Of a stretch of 64,000 nucleotides of DNA, positions 1-12,029 are shown piece after piece. The stretch lies in the NCBI GenBank assembly GCA_003482855.1, contig DMXO01000002.1, forward strand, positions 28,060-92,059, written 5' to 3'. The notes beneath the pieces were generated by a model, which was not told where the DNA came from, ran no database searches, and saw only the letters and a program-made list of their open reading frames with translations. The stretch is from Candidatus Magasanikiibacteriota bacterium (GTDB taxonomy: Bacteria > Patescibacteriota > Patescibacteriia > Magasanikbacterales > UBA922). How positions within the stretch are numbered: position 1 is the first letter of the stretch; every line of letters starts with the position of its first letter. The translations under genes and the position numbers were made by a program.

Positions 1-54
1 CCAAAATAAAATCATAAATATCCAACCAAAAGGCACAAAGCCAAAGTTCATCAT
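1..54 (-). CDS. 5' part of small membrane protein (possibly SHOCT-domain), runs off the window
   Basis: Manual translation from ATG at 54: MMNFGFVPFGWIFMILFW...; directly downstream of copA. Confidence 0.5.
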   Translation of the reverse strand, partial: MMNFGFVPFGWIFMILFW

Positions 55-109
55 ATACGTTGGGTTATTAAATTATGTAAAACCTGATTCAAAAATAATT
101 AGGACACGC

Positions 110-3094
110 TTACTTTTCCACAACTATACCTGAAGCCGTCGCGGTATTATTATCTTCAATAACAGCCATGCTTGAACCTATTCTTCCAAACTCAACAAAT
201 ACTAAAGCAAAAATAATAGCAAGTGCAAATGGAGCAATAAGTGATACGTAATTTCGTTTATTCGGCTTGAAGTACTTAAGTAATAATGAATTTGTCACGA
301 CAGATATTGAACTAAATGCCATTGCAAGTCCTGCCAATTCTGGTTTTAGCACTAATCCAAGTCCGGCAAACACACGCGCCGCAATCGGAATTCCCATGAC
401 ATTATAGAATAATGCAAAAAACATATTTTGACGTATCTTGCCCATGGTTTCACGGCTCAGCTGAATTGCATTCAAAACATCTCGTAAGTCATTCTTGATA
501 ATCACTATTCCACCCGTTTCCATAGCCACATCAGTTCCACCACCCATAGCAATTCCCAAATCCGCTTGTGCCAGAGCAGGAGCGTCATTGATGCCATCCC
601 CTACCATAGCGACTTTCTTACCAGTGTCTTGAATTTTCTTGACTTCTGTTGCTTTATCTTCAGGCAGCACTTCGGCAAGCACATTTGTAATACCAACTTG
701 TTTCGCTATAGCATCTGCAGTGCGCTTGTTGTCTCCTGTAATCATGTATACCTCAATTTTATTTTTTTGCAATTTTTGTATTGCCTCAAGAGAGCTTTCT
801 TTCAATGTGTCAGCTACTGCGATTAAACCGATTACCTGGGTTTCGTCGGCAAGTATCATGACAGTCTTGCCTGCTTCTTCAAGCCGACGAACCTTACGTT
901 CTGCTTTTTCTATATTTAAATTTAACTTATCACTAATGAGTTTTCGATTGCCAAGATAATAAACAGCAGTATCTACTTTTCCCTCGACTCCATGACCCGG
1001 GATAGCTCTAAAGTCAGTAACTGGTGCAATATTAATTGATTCCTCTTCAGCATATCTTACAATTGCTTCAGCAAGTGGATGCTCAGATGACTTTTCCAAT
1101 GACGCACTAATGCGTATGATTTCTTCTTCATCCAATGTGGATAGACTAATCATATCAGTAACTTCCGGCTTTCCATTTGTCAAAGTTCCGGTCTTATCAA
1201 ACACAATTGCTTGAATTTTATTTGCGGCTTCAAGTGGTTCTCCACCCTTGATAAGTACTCCATATTCAGCACCTTTGCCAGTTCCTACCATAATGGCAGT
1301 TGGTGTTGCGAGACCCAATGCACACGGACATGCAATCACAATAACTGAGGTGAAGGCCATGAGTGCAAATGAGAGACTGGCACTCAAAAAGAAAAACCAG
1401 ACAACGAATGTGAGTATGGCTAACACTAATACAATCGGCACAAACCACGCAGAAATTTTATCAGCCATTGCTTGAATGGGAGCTTTGGATCCTTGTGCTT
1501 CCTCAATCAAACGAATAATTTGTGCCAATGCTGTCTCACTACCGACTTTGGTAACTTCAAACTCAAAGCTGCCGTGTTTATTGATAGTCGCGCCAATCAC
1601 CTTGTCCCCGACGTTTTTTTCTGCAGGGATGCTTTCTCCCGTGAGCATCGATTCGTCAATTGACGAATTGCCTTTTTTGATAATTCCATCAACAGGAATC
1701 TTTTCACCGGGCCTGACCATAATAATATCTCCCTTTTGTACTTGGTCGATTGGTATATCCACTGTAACACTACCCCTAATCACACGCGCAGTTTTTGGCT
1801 GCAAACCCATGAGTTTTTTAATCGCATCAGAAGTCTTTCCTTTTGCTTTTGTTTCAAGCCATTTACCAAGGATCACAAATGTAATCAGGAATGCCGCAGT
1901 TTCAAAATATAATTCAGGAATTTTTGCGCCATTGAGTCCGATAAGCGTGCTATTTTTAATCGCATAACCAAGAAATTGCCACAAACTATACAAGAATGCT
2001 GTGCTTGTGCCAATTGCAATCAAACTATCCATATTGAATGTCTTCATCTTGAGACTGCTCCACATTCCCCTATAAAATCCTGCACCAATATAGAACTGAA
2101 CAGGTATGGTAAGTAGAAGTGAAACAATGCCAATGTATGGCAACAGTACAGCTCGTAGTGGCATAAACGCGAAAAAATCAAATAACATGAAATACAACAT
2201 TGGGATACTCAAACCCAAAGCAACAAAAAACTTCCTTGAATATGCTTTTATTTCCTTTTCCTTTCTTTTGCGTTCTGCATCCGGATCAGCAGTATTTGCG
2301 AGTTCTGCCCTATACCCTGCCTTTTTTACTGCAGTAAGTAATTCATCCACGTTTGACTTTGATGAGTCAAATACGACATGGGCCTTTTCCGCATTAAAAT
2401 TGACATTCGCTTGTTTGACTCCTGCAACTTTTTTAAGATTTTTTTCAATGATTAGTGCGCATGATGCACAGTGCATGCCAGATACGATAAGGTTCGCCTG
2501 TTCATCGCCGGATTTTCCCGAGGTATTGATTTCCGTGCTCGGTAAATAAGACTGTTCGCTTGAGGCATTTGGCAATCTAACATTTTTTTCCTGTGATACA
2601 TCTTGGGAAAATGTATTAAGCAGTTGATTAATCTTTGATGCCTCGATTATGTTTTGGATCGTATGTTCAATATTAGGATGCCCTTGTGGAATTTCAAACT
2701 CGCCTTTCTTAATATGGTCAACAGTCCCTTTGAATGCTGGTTTTCCCTGATCGTTTGAGAACTCTCCGTCAGCGACCACAGAACTTTCCAACTTTATTTT
2801 TATGGGTGAATGAGCATCAACCATTTTTTTGGTAATAATAACATCATCGTGAGGCTGATTCTCAGATGATAATCCCCCGCCAGAGATAACGGTTGCTGTA
2901 TATCCGGCTCGAGAAATAGCGCTAATTATTTCATGTTCGTCAACAGTGTTATCTATCGACACCTCACCCATCCCGTTTTTGGAGTCAATATGAATCTTTT
3001 TCACGTCTGGAATCTCGCGCAATTCCATTTCTATGATCCTTTCGCATGATGCACAATGCATCCCATCAATTTTTAAGTGTAGTGTTCTTTCCAT
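110..3094 (-). CDS. copA: Cu(I)-translocating P1B-type ATPase with two HMA domains
   Basis: Two GMHCASC motifs, [27 protein letters not shown] and MAFSS transmembrane motifs. Confidence 0.97.
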   Translation of the reverse strand: MERTLHLKIDGMHCASCERIIEMELREIPDVKKIHIDSKNGMGEVSIDNTVDEHEIISAISRAGYTATVISGGGLSSENQPHDDVIITKKMVDAHSPIKIKLESSVVADGEFSNDQGKPAFKGTVDHIKKGEFEIPQGHPNIEHTIQNIIEASKINQLLNTFSQDVSQEKNVRLPNASSEQSYLPSTEINTSGKSGDEQANLIVSGMHCASCALIIEKNLKKVAGVKQANVNFNAEKAHVVFDSSKSNVDELLTAVKKAGYRAELANTADPDAERKRKEKEIKAYSRKFFVALGLSIPMLYFMLFDFFAFMPLRAVLLPYIGIVSLLLTIPVQFYIGAGFYRGMWSSLKMKTFNMDSLIAIGTSTAFLYSLWQFLGYAIKNSTLIGLNGAKIPELYFETAAFLITFVILGKWLETKAKGKTSDAIKKLMGLQPKTARVIRGSVTVDIPIDQVQKGDIIMVRPGEKIPVDGIIKKGNSSIDESMLTGESIPAEKNVGDKVIGATINKHGSFEFEVTKVGSETALAQIIRLIEEAQGSKAPIQAMADKISAWFVPIVLVLAILTFVVWFFFLSASLSFALMAFTSVIVIACPCALGLATPTAIMVGTGKGAEYGVLIKGGEPLEAANKIQAIVFDKTGTLTNGKPEVTDMISLSTLDEEEIIRISASLEKSSEHPLAEAIVRYAEEESINIAPVTDFRAIPGHGVEGKVDTAVYYLGNRKLISDKLNLNIEKAERKVRRLEEAGKTVMILADETQVIGLIAVADTLKESSLEAIQKLQKNKIEVYMITGDNKRTADAIAKQVGITNVLAEVLPEDKATEVKKIQDTGKKVAMVGDGINDAPALAQADLGIAMGGGTDVAMETGGIVIIKNDLRDVLNAIQLSRETMGKIRQNMFFALFYNVMGIPIAARVFAGLGLVLKPELAGLAMAFSSISVVTNSLLLKYFKPNKRNYVSLIAPFALAIIFALVFVEFGRIGSSMAVIEDNNTATASGIVVEK

Positions 3095-3131
3095 ACAAAT
3101 AATATAATCAAATAAATATTAATGCATCACT

Positions 3132-3338
3132 CTATGTTGCCTGCGCTTTATAGCCTACTTCTTCCACTGCACGCTCAATGATTCCTGTATCAACAATATC
3201 CTCTGATTCAATAGCTAATATCCCCGTAGAAAAGTCTACAGACACATTTTGAACCTGATTGAGCTTTCCAACTCTTTTCTCGATAAGACGCGCGCAGGAT
3301 GCACAATGCATTCCGGTGATTTTATATTCTTGTTTCAT
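3132..3338 (-). CDS. copZ: Copper chaperone (single HMA domain)
   Basis: 68 aa, GMHCASC, upstream of copA. Confidence 0.9.
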   Translation of the reverse strand: MKQEYKITGMHCASCARLIEKRVGKLNQVQNVSVDFSTGILAIESEDIVDTGIIERAVEEVGYKAQAT

Positions 3339-3348
3339 ATATACTAAG

Positions 3349-4689
3349 TTATTCTACAATTATCTTTCCTCGCACCATTCCCATTCCACAACTGAATTGA
3401 AAGGTTCCTTTTTCCGAAGGAGTAAATGTAACAATGTTTTCTCCTTTGACGAGTGGTTTATTGATTCCAAATGCCTTTGAAACAATACGGTTCGTACATC
3501 CGCTTACCTGTTGACCATCAATAACCCACCTGACTGGCGTTCCCTGTTTTACGCGCAATGTGCTTGGATTAAACCCGCTATAATCCACTGCCATCTGTAT
3601 CACTTGTTCATCGCCGGTAACGACAACCTGATTTGTATTGTTTGATATATCTACGTCTCCCGTTCCAATACCCAACACTGTCTTTCCCGAAGAAAATGTA
3701 AACCAAGCAAACAGGATAACAATAAGCGCGATTGATTTCTGGAATATAGGCCTTTCTTTTTTATCCGCTTTGCTACTTGCCTTTCCTACAAACAACAATA
3801 CGGGCACTGTACCGAGCGCGAATAAAAACATGAGTAGTAAACCGCTGACAAAACTGCCTGACGCAATTGCCAACAGTTGCATGCTTTGAGTAAACCCACA
3901 GGGTAAAACGAATGTGAACGCACCCAGTACAACGGGCATAAGTGGGTGTTTTGATGATTTCATCTTATTCCACAATTTCATACTTCCCTTTGGCAGATGA
4001 ATGCCAAATCGAGTCACTGATGATAATATGCCACCAATTTGAAGGCCAAGCATGAGCAAAATAATCGCGACAACAATGGTAAACCAACCCATAAATCCCG
4101 TGGACACAGTAAATTGTGATCCCATGATACCTAAGAGCCCACCCAATACAGCAAATGATGTCAATCTACCAATATGAAACAACACATGCGGTTTCCATTG
4201 TGTCCATGGTGATGTTTTTTCACCCGAGTCCTGTTTGTAGAGTGCTCCAAATGACATGACCACCGCGCCTACAACCGCAAGACAGGTGGATAACGATGCG
4301 ACAATTCCAACGAGAATTGCGGTGCCATATCCGACTGCTTGTGTATCCACATTGAGCGCATCCAATACTCCGATCCACTTGAGATATGCATAGACCAAGT
4401 ATAATCCCAGGACTACAAACACTGCATATGCCCAGTGTTTGAAAGAAAACTTTTGTATCTTGGATTGTGCCAATTTTTCTAACGAAGCTGCATATCCGAT
4501 CTTATTCAATCGGCGTTGAATATCAGGTAATGGGATTTGGTCTAATTCATGCGTAATATACGCCACTTGCTTTTTATGATCAGCTTTTACCTGCGATATG
4601 CCACCTATTTCTTTGAGTTCATCTGCTATCAATACTTCACATGACACACAGGTCATACCTTGCAAATAAATTATTTCTTTTTTACTCAT
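3349..4689 (-). CDS. HMA + TauE/SafE(DsbD_2)-like membrane domain + C-terminal cupredoxin protein
   Basis: GMTCVSC, STCLAVVG, LPCGFTQ, C-terminal FSCGMGM. Confidence 0.88.
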   Translation of the reverse strand: MSKKEIIYLQGMTCVSCEVLIADELKEIGGISQVKADHKKQVAYITHELDQIPLPDIQRRLNKIGYAASLEKLAQSKIQKFSFKHWAYAVFVVLGLYLVYAYLKWIGVLDALNVDTQAVGYGTAILVGIVASLSTCLAVVGAVVMSFGALYKQDSGEKTSPWTQWKPHVLFHIGRLTSFAVLGGLLGIMGSQFTVSTGFMGWFTIVVAIILLMLGLQIGGILSSVTRFGIHLPKGSMKLWNKMKSSKHPLMPVVLGAFTFVLPCGFTQSMQLLAIASGSFVSGLLLMFLFALGTVPVLLFVGKASSKADKKERPIFQKSIALIVILFAWFTFSSGKTVLGIGTGDVDISNNTNQVVVTGDEQVIQMAVDYSGFNPSTLRVKQGTPVRWVIDGQQVSGCTNRIVSKAFGINKPLVKGENIVTFTPSEKGTFQFSCGMGMVRGKIIVE

Positions 4690-4769
4690 ATATTCAATTT
4701 AGGATATGATTAGTATAACAAAAAACCATATACAAAACACGTGTGTTCATGCATATGGATACGTGGGAC

Positions 4770-5156
4770 TCAGAAGATTTTTGGATGTAAAATTCCCGAT
4801 CTAAATAATGCTACAAAATGTGCAAATAGTTGAAAACCGCCATATCGATCCCGTGTCTTTTTGAAATAAAAGACAAACTTATCATAAACCAGGAAAACAA
4901 AAACCAAAATAAATGCCAAGACAAAAAGAATTTGTGGTGCAATATCTCTGAGCGAATTCAATACTGACGAAATAATCGAATACACATGGTCAGAGCTCGT
5001 CTGGTCAGTACTTGTGTCTTCCATGCCACAGACAGTAGTATGACCTTCCATAGAGATACCACTTCCAAAAAATAGAGAATGCCAAGCAGCTCCGCAACAA
5101 AACAAAAGTGACAAAATCACCGCAATAATAATATACTTTTGAGCGTGTAAAATCAT
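4770..5156 (-). CDS. Small membrane protein with Cys/His residues upstream of the copper operon
   Basis: Two hydrophobic segments, CC, H..VC..H, ends GILHPKIF. Confidence 0.65.
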   Translation of the reverse strand: MILHAQKYIIIAVILSLLFCCGAAWHSLFFGSGISMEGHTTVCGMEDTSTDQTSSDHVYSIISSVLNSLRDIAPQILFVLAFILVFVFLVYDKFVFYFKKTRDRYGGFQLFAHFVALFRSGILHPKIF

Positions 5157-5214
5157 ACTCTTTTAGTATTTACTACTATACAGGAACAAAATAAAAAAAG
5201 CAATAGGGAGAAAT

Positions 5215-7122
5215 TTACTCAGGGCTACGTGAATGTACGGTAAATGTCAATGCGTTATCTATCCATTCCTTCAAATGAGCCCAATTGGCATCATATAGGC
5301 CAATTGAGACTCTATATCTACCTGGCTGGGGAGCAATCCATCCCAGATCAAAAGTCTGTTGTTTATGACTATCAATTACCACATTATCATAATACTGTTG
5401 AGCAAGGTGTTCTCCGCCGTTCACATCGTCATGTATCTCTATATCAATAAGGATAGGATCACTTTCAGCTCTATTGGTGACAGTGGCTGATATAGTCACA
5501 AGATCTGCTGCATACACTTCGTGTGGAGAAATAGTCGTACTAATAAGCTGTGGTGATGAACCAGTGCCCATAGAGACAGGTACGTCACCCACGATAATGG
5601 TAGTCTTTGCTTCATCTGAAGCACCACGATCATTTGAAACGCTTAGTATTACTGTATATGTACCATCTGCAACAAATATATGCTGTGGGTGTGTTTCATG
5701 AGAAATTTCACTGCCATCACCAAAATCCCAATTATATACCGTGCTATATCCTTGTGGATCAGTGGTGCCAGAGCTTGAGAAGCTCACTTCAAGAGGAGTA
5801 CTGCCTGTTTGTGGCGTAGCATCCAACACAACATTTGGTGGTCTGTTCGTGTTGTAAGTAATACGTCTCACCTCACCTGCAATGATAGATATGAAATAAA
5901 CGCTGCCGTCTGGGCCAGTAAAAAAATCTACAGGACCATCAGTACCCACCAAAAAATTTTCCACATGAGATATAACGTTATTGTCTTTATCAAACACAAC
6001 ACGCTTTACTGTGTCTCTCCCAAATACACCAAAGAAATAATTATTTTGATAAGGCATTGGATACGCTGCACCAGAAAATGTACCACCAATAAGTGCAAAA
6101 GTACTTGTGGCAGTATGTTCATTGGGAATTGTATAGAGTGGATCTACATAATTCTCTGTCACACAATCATAATTAGGCTGTGCCTCTCGTCCTTCTCTGC
6201 ATGGCCATCCATAATTTCCTCCTGGTACGCCAAGATTAATCTCCTCTGTATCATACCATCCCACATCACCAATATACATCTGATTATTGAGAGGATTAAA
6301 ATTAAGTCGAAATGGATTTCTAAATCCATATGCATACACTTTTGACTGATTTGCATGAGGGTCTCCATTATAAAACGGATTATCAGCAGGACCAGTACCA
6401 TCAGTATTTATCCGCAAAATCTTCCCTGCCAAAATTTGTGTGTCAAAAGTATCCAGCGCGTGGGGATCTACAATATCAAATCGAGATCCATCTGCTAGGC
6501 TTGCGTACAATTTTCCATCTGGACCAAACCGTAATCCTCCAACACTGTGGCTCCCAGCATCGCTTGGAATGCAATCTGTACCTGCAGGAAAGTCATTACA
6601 CGAAGGATGCCCGGCATCTCCACCCACAGAACCTACCAATATAATTTTGCTATCTGGATCTACAGTATCACCATGTGTAGTCAATCGTATAATACGACCG
6701 GTCTTTGGTCCTCCAAAATCATCTGGATTATTTTCATATGTGTAGCTCAAATATATGTATCCATTTTTTTCAAAGTCCGGATCGATAGCAATACCCAAAA
6801 GTCCATGATCAGCATATACATTCACATCATTCAAAACAATAAGCGGAGTAGACAAAAGTACGCCATTTTTTATCACACGCACAGTACCAATTTTTTCTGT
6901 CACCAATAGACGCCCATCTGGCGTGAATGCCCCAGCAACAGGGACGTTTAACCCACTAACTACTGTCTCTATGGCAAATGCTGAAGGATTCGTATCATCC
7001 ACTGCTGCTATTTCGTCCACGTTCCGGTTTGTTGTTCCTTTTGACACAACTACGTACAGCACTATCCCTATCACTATACCAAACGCAAGAAGCCATGTTG
7101 TTTTGACATTATGTTTAGCCAT
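5215..7122 (-). CDS. PQQ-dependent sugar (glucose/sorbosone) dehydrogenase family protein with PKD domain
   Basis: GLLGIAIDPDF, FGPDGKLY, GKILRI, YGFRNP, GGNYGWP; PKD motif WDFGDG; N-terminal anchor. Confidence 0.88.
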   Translation of the reverse strand: MAKHNVKTTWLLAFGIVIGIVLYVVVSKGTTNRNVDEIAAVDDTNPSAFAIETVVSGLNVPVAGAFTPDGRLLVTEKIGTVRVIKNGVLLSTPLIVLNDVNVYADHGLLGIAIDPDFEKNGYIYLSYTYENNPDDFGGPKTGRIIRLTTHGDTVDPDSKIILVGSVGGDAGHPSCNDFPAGTDCIPSDAGSHSVGGLRFGPDGKLYASLADGSRFDIVDPHALDTFDTQILAGKILRINTDGTGPADNPFYNGDPHANQSKVYAYGFRNPFRLNFNPLNNQMYIGDVGWYDTEEINLGVPGGNYGWPCREGREAQPNYDCVTENYVDPLYTIPNEHTATSTFALIGGTFSGAAYPMPYQNNYFFGVFGRDTVKRVVFDKDNNVISHVENFLVGTDGPVDFFTGPDGSVYFISIIAGEVRRITYNTNRPPNVVLDATPQTGSTPLEVSFSSSGTTDPQGYSTVYNWDFGDGSEISHETHPQHIFVADGTYTVILSVSNDRGASDEAKTTIIVGDVPVSMGTGSSPQLISTTISPHEVYAADLVTISATVTNRAESDPILIDIEIHDDVNGGEHLAQQYYDNVVIDSHKQQTFDLGWIAPQPGRYRVSIGLYDANWAHLKEWIDNALTFTVHSRSPE

Positions 7123-7191
7123 AACGTAATTATGTAAACAAACAATTTATCTTCATCCAACTAAACTACATTAATTAACACTCATAGAAGT

Positions 7192-7680
7192 TCATTCTGT
7201 TACAACAAGTGTACCAATCATACCCATCTGGCGATGCTGTCCCACACTACAATAAAATTGGAATTCTCCTGCCTTATCAGCAACGAACGTAACTGAACTA
7301 CTGCCCGGGGCATTGATCTGCGATGTTCGCGCGTCAAACTCGTCTATGACCCAATCATGGAAACCTTGAGAAGCAGTAAGATTAATTTGTACTATTTGAT
7401 CTTTTTTCACAGTAATGCTAGCTGGTGAAAATGAAAAATTCTGACCAGTCACATTGATAACAACATCTGGCTTTTGTACTATTTCAGTGCCGTTATCCTG
7501 TATAGTGCTCGTGCCCTCTTCGGCACCACTTTTCTCTGCATTTATCTGTGAAGAAGTATTTACAGAACCCACCCTATTACTTCCTTCGGTTGCATCAGGT
7601 GTTTGTCCTCCACACCCCGCACCCAAAAGTATAAGACCAACCCCCAAACTACCAATAAACAATATATATCTATTGTTCAT
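7192..7680 (-). CDS. Cupredoxin-domain lipoprotein
   Basis: Lipobox-like LLGAGC; H...FYCSVGQHRQMGM type-1 copper ligands. Confidence 0.88.
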   Translation of the reverse strand: MNNRYILFIGSLGVGLILLGAGCGGQTPDATEGSNRVGSVNTSSQINAEKSGAEEGTSTIQDNGTEIVQKPDVVINVTGQNFSFSPASITVKKDQIVQINLTASQGFHDWVIDEFDARTSQINAPGSSSVTFVADKAGEFQFYCSVGQHRQMGMIGTLVVTE

Positions 7681-7761
7681 ATTGTATATAAATTAAAAAT
7701 AACATACTGTAATAGTATGCTATTATAACCCGACTGGTCAATGTGGATAACTTTTCTAAAC

Positions 7762-8529
7762 TTATTTTGATAAACTAAGAACATCCATAACTGTCTTGCG
7801 ATACGTACAATAATCACAATCATCTCCTGGATCTGGCAAAACATCGCTCATAAGACACTTGTGTGCGCGCAGAATTGCGTCTTCTACCCAACTATCATTT
7901 CCCTCGTATGATATGAGGGTAATATCAAATTCAAGTCTAGCATCAAATGCTTTCCTATCAAGCTGACCATTGCAATACACAAAATAACCAATATTTGTTA
8001 CATTATAGCCATTCTGGCGCAAAAGCCATTGATATACTTCCATCTGTCGTTTGTACCCAATATGCCATTCCTTATCAAGCTCTGTAATTTCTTCATCTTT
8101 GGCTGTTGATTTGTAATCTACCACAATGTATTCGTCTTTTGAATTGATCCAAAGGTCATCAATTGCTCCTGATATAGTGAGACCTGTCTCCTCGTGATAA
8201 TACCGTATACCCTTGAAATTTTCTCGCCATTCATTCAAATCCTTGTGTGCTACCGGACGCGCGTCTATACCATATTTTTCTTGCAGAGGATGTTGTTTAT
8301 TTTGCGCGCGATGGATATCAAATTCTTTTTTGAGAAGTGTATCTACAGCAGAATTGAGGGCAAAAGGAAACCCTGGCGGACGTGCGACCCCGAGACGATT
8401 GTCTATATAGAAACATCGCGGACATTCCATAAACAAATCAAGCTTTGAACGCGAAAGCTTAAAATTATTCTCTTCTCCTGGGACAAAATTCCAGTTTGGA
8501 TTTCTATGTGGTTTATAATATATGCTCAT
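7762..8529 (-). CDS. PD-(D/E)XK nuclease (RecB/Cas4-like), possible Fe-S cluster
   Basis: LSRSKL..ECPRC, GAIDD, VVDYKS, QMEVY, CDYC. Confidence 0.85.
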   Translation of the reverse strand: MSIYYKPHRNPNWNFVPGEENNFKLSRSKLDLFMECPRCFYIDNRLGVARPPGFPFALNSAVDTLLKKEFDIHRAQNKQHPLQEKYGIDARPVAHKDLNEWRENFKGIRYYHEETGLTISGAIDDLWINSKDEYIVVDYKSTAKDEEITELDKEWHIGYKRQMEVYQWLLRQNGYNVTNIGYFVYCNGQLDRKAFDARLEFDITLISYEGNDSWVEDAILRAHKCLMSDVLPDPGDDCDYCTYRKTVMDVLSLSK

Positions 8530-8663
8530 ATATGTTATGTATGATTAATCACAAAGTAGTATACCAAAATGCAGTTTTTTATGCACTATCTAAGCGATAT
8601 AGGAGAAGGCTGGATTACAAAAATACTCCCTAACGAGAGAGTATTTTTTTATTTGAAATTTTG

Positions 8664-10457
8664 TTATTTCTTACTCGCGCGTGCACCACGTATACGATCC
8701 ACATCTTTCAAGACTTGTTTTCTTAGACGGATACTCTTTGGAGTAATTTCGAGATATTCATCCTCTGCAATAATCTCAAGCCCACGTTCAAGTGTAAGCT
8801 CCAAAGGTGGTGTCAACTGTATCGCAATGTCTGCACTAGACGCACGCATGTTGGTGAGGTGCTTCCCTTTGATAGGATTCACGACCATATCTTGCCCTTT
8901 TGCGGTATTGCCTATGACTTGTCCTTCATATACCTCTATATTCGGGCCGACATATAGAGAACCACGGTCTTGCAAATTGGCAAGCGAATATGATAATACC
9001 TTGCCAACTTCACCCGATATCATGGATCCTGTATCATATTTATCTATCTCACCTGCGTGTGGTTTAAATCCTATCACTTCACTACACAGAATACCTTCGC
9101 CACGAGTGTCTACAATGAATTCATTGCGATAGCCAAGAAGCCCTCTTGTTGGTATTTCATAAATCAGACGCGTATGATTCTGTTCAGGACGCATTTCTAC
9201 CATCTTTCCTTTTCGTTTGGACATCTTCTCTATCACAGTGCCACAACATTCTTGAGGAATATCTATAGTTACACCTTCATACGGTTCACATGTTACACCA
9301 TCTATGTCTTTGATAATTACCTGTGGCTGAGATACTTGCACTTCAAACCCTTCGCGTCGCATATTTTCAAGCAATATAGCGATATGCAATTCACCACGTC
9401 CATACACTTTGTAATAATCTATAGCGGAAAAATCTATTTTCAAACCTACGTTCACTTCCAATTCTTTTTCAAGTCTTTCCCTGATTTGTCTATTAGTCAC
9501 GAACTTTCCTTCTTTACCTGCAAATGGAGAGTTATTTACCAAAAAATTCAATGAGATAGTTGGCTCATCAATTTTGATAGCAGGCAATAGTTCCTGTTCT
9601 CTATCTGCACACACCGTGTCACCAATATATATATCTGGCAAACCTGCAATCATGACAATATCTCCAGCGACAACTTCCTGAACTTCTTTTCGTGTCAAAC
9701 CTTCAAATGTAAATAATTTGGTAATACCACCAGGGATAATTTGTCCATCATGTTTTTTGAGGAACACTCTATCACTCATTTTCAAAACTCCTTGGTACAT
9801 ACGTCCAATACCCATACGACCCAGATAGTTGTCATACGCAAGATTGAATGGTTGGAAGGTAAATGGGAGAGTCGTATCTGCTTTTACTGCTGGTACTTTT
9901 TCCAAGATAGTATCAAGCAAGGGAGTCAAATCATTGGATTCATCAACCAAATTCTTTTTTGCAATCCCCTGCTTCGCAATCGCATACACGGTCGTGAAAT
10001 CAAGTTGTTCATCATTGGCACCAAGATCCATAAACAATTCCAAAACTTTTTCTTGTGTCCATTCTGGTCGTGCTGCTGGTTTATCTATTTTATTAATCAC
10101 CACAATAGGTTTAAGTCCAAGTTCAAGTGATTTTTTCAATACAAATTTTGTCTGAGGCATGGGACCTTCTTGCGCATCTACTACAAGCAAAACAGAGTCA
10201 ATAGATCGGAGGACACGTTCAACTTCTGAGCCAAAATCCGCATGGCCTGGAGTATCTACGATATTAATTTTTGTATCTTTATAAAAGACTGATGTATTTT
10301 TTGAATAAATCGTAATACCGCGCTCTTTCTCAAGCGCATTGCTATCCATGCTTACACTATCATCTGTCACCATGCCGGTCTGGCGCATGAGAGCATCGGT
10401 CAATTTTGTCTTGCCATGATCAACATGAGCAATAATGGCGATGTTGCGAATTTCCAT
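8664..10457 (-). CDS. typA: Translational GTPase TypA/BipA
   Basis: [39 protein letters not shown]. Confidence 0.97.
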   Translation of the reverse strand: MEIRNIAIIAHVDHGKTKLTDALMRQTGMVTDDSVSMDSNALEKERGITIYSKNTSVFYKDTKINIVDTPGHADFGSEVERVLRSIDSVLLVVDAQEGPMPQTKFVLKKSLELGLKPIVVINKIDKPAARPEWTQEKVLELFMDLGANDEQLDFTTVYAIAKQGIAKKNLVDESNDLTPLLDTILEKVPAVKADTTLPFTFQPFNLAYDNYLGRMGIGRMYQGVLKMSDRVFLKKHDGQIIPGGITKLFTFEGLTRKEVQEVVAGDIVMIAGLPDIYIGDTVCADREQELLPAIKIDEPTISLNFLVNNSPFAGKEGKFVTNRQIRERLEKELEVNVGLKIDFSAIDYYKVYGRGELHIAILLENMRREGFEVQVSQPQVIIKDIDGVTCEPYEGVTIDIPQECCGTVIEKMSKRKGKMVEMRPEQNHTRLIYEIPTRGLLGYRNEFIVDTRGEGILCSEVIGFKPHAGEIDKYDTGSMISGEVGKVLSYSLANLQDRGSLYVGPNIEVYEGQVIGNTAKGQDMVVNPIKGKHLTNMRASSADIAIQLTPPLELTLERGLEIIAEDEYLEITPKSIRLRKQVLKDVDRIRGARASKK

Positions 10458-10470
10458 AAAAATAGTAATG

Positions 10471-10543
10471 AAACGTGAATTTAACGAATGAAACTAATAC
10501 AAACGAATTCGTTTAGATTCGTTCAATTCGTCTTATTCGTGTT
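10471..10543. repeat. Inverted array of degenerate acgaat/attcgt units
   Basis: aacgaat...aacgaattcgtt...attcgt...attcgt forms an imperfect palindrome upstream of typA. Confidence 0.6.
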
Positions 10544-10683
10544 CTATTCCTTATTTCGCTTAATTTAGCCCAATTATATATGATTAAAATAAAAATGTCA
10601 AGTATAACGACTCTACCTATGCCAAAAACAAAGAATCACCCAGTTTTCTGAGTGATTCAAACTAAATATTCTATATAAATCGT

Positions 10684-11196
10684 TTAACTTTGTACCTGCA
10701 CTTCTGTTTCCATATCAACGTGATTGCATACGCCATCACCATTTACATCCTTAAATTCTCTATCTCCAAACCCTTTCATCATCTTACCACCACGTCCTAA
10801 CCCCATCTCTTTCAAACCAAGTTCATCTGCAATAGCCTTTGCACCATCACGATCGCCTGCTTTCATAAGATTATGCATTTCTACAAATCTATCAAAATTT
10901 TCAGCAGTAACCTGCTCCAGCATAGGAGGTGTATCTTTGCCCATTTCTGTAGCATGAGTTTCCATAGCTGCTTTCCATGCATCGTAATTCCCTACTTGCA
11001 ATAGACTGTCCATCTCTGCTCTATGTTCTTCATTTAGGCCTCCTTCACCGCGCATCATATGACCCCACATAGGACGATCACTTGTATCTGTGTTTATATC
11101 AGACTCTTGTTGTGCTGCGCTTACGGTCAATGCCCCTACGACGAGCACTGCCAATGCAGCAACACTCCCAAGAACAAAATATGCTGTTTTCTTCAT
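10684..11196 (-). CDS. Exported Met/Gly-rich hypothetical protein with EF-hand-like DVNGDG
   Basis: Signal peptide; last gene of the ECF sigma locus. Confidence 0.75.
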   Translation of the reverse strand: MKKTAYFVLGSVAALAVLVVGALTVSAAQQESDINTDTSDRPMWGHMMRGEGGLNEEHRAEMDSLLQVGNYDAWKAAMETHATEMGKDTPPMLEQVTAENFDRFVEMHNLMKAGDRDGAKAIADELGLKEMGLGRGGKMMKGFGDREFKDVNGDGVCNHVDMETEVQVQS

Positions 11197-11270
11197 AATA
11201 TATTTTATAATTAATAATTATACGCGCGTGTCCGTCGATATCTCATGTGCACATGATAATATCAGTTGGC

Positions 11271-12029
11271 TCATCTACTAATACGTAGTCGCGGATCAAT
11301 TTCTTTCATATTTTTCATCATTGGATGCATCGGCATGAGATGAGGGCGAATAATTTCTGCCTCAAACATATGATCACCAGTCACTTCTCCAGCACATTTG
11401 ATAAGCATCCCAACTTGAAGCGAAGGAATAGATGGAGGAAAACGTACATCTACAATATTTACGGTCCAAACTTCTTGTTCAATGTCATTGAGTATAATTA
11501 TCTTGTCATCTTGAATTTCAGCAATCATACCAAGCAACAAACCCTGTTCTGGACTATGCCAGATCTCGTGACGCGGCTCAGACAATCGTCCATACAAAGG
11601 AGCATGGTCAACAAAAGTTTTTTCAGTGCGTTCTCCTACGCCGACTGTATACATTCCTATTCCAAGCACAATAGAAGCAACGAAATACGCGCCAATAATA
11701 ATAGGCAGGGTCACCCTATAACCACCTTCGATATGCCTCACTTCATAATATGCAATTATAACAAACAAGACAAACACAGCAATCCAGAAATATGGCAATA
11801 CAAACAAAAGCACATGCCACATCCCTCCAGCTCTCCCTGTCAAATCCCAGTCTTGATTGAGCAGAACAAATAATATAGCTGACACGGTGATTGCCCCAAT
11901 GACAATAGAGACTACACCTGCACCCCAAAATGCGTAATTTTTTGCAAGAAAACTAAACCGGGACTTCGGTTTTATATCTTTGATTTTGTCCAAAATTTTA
12001 TCTGTAATTGTATTATGTTCTTGTTCCAT
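11271..12029 (-). CDS. Membrane protein, putative anti-sigma factor
   Basis: Three TM segments plus extracellular domain; overlaps the ECF sigma stop. Confidence 0.7.
   Translation of the reverse strand: MEQEHNTITDKILDKIKDIKPKSRFSFLAKNYAFWGAGVVSIVIGAITVSAILFVLLNQDWDLTGRAGGMWHVLLFVLPYFWIAVFVLFVIIAYYEVRHIEGGYRVTLPIIIGAYFVASIVLGIGMYTVGVGERTEKTFVDHAPLYGRLSEPRHEIWHSPEQGLLLGMIAEIQDDKIIILNDIEQEVWTVNIVDVRFPPSIPSLQVGMLIKCAGEVTGDHMFEAEIIRPHLMPMHPMMKNMKEIDPRLRISR

Noticed and set aside
7762-8529. Cas4-like nuclease as a sign of CRISPR-Cas
   Set aside because: No cas genes and no repeat-spacer array seen in the window
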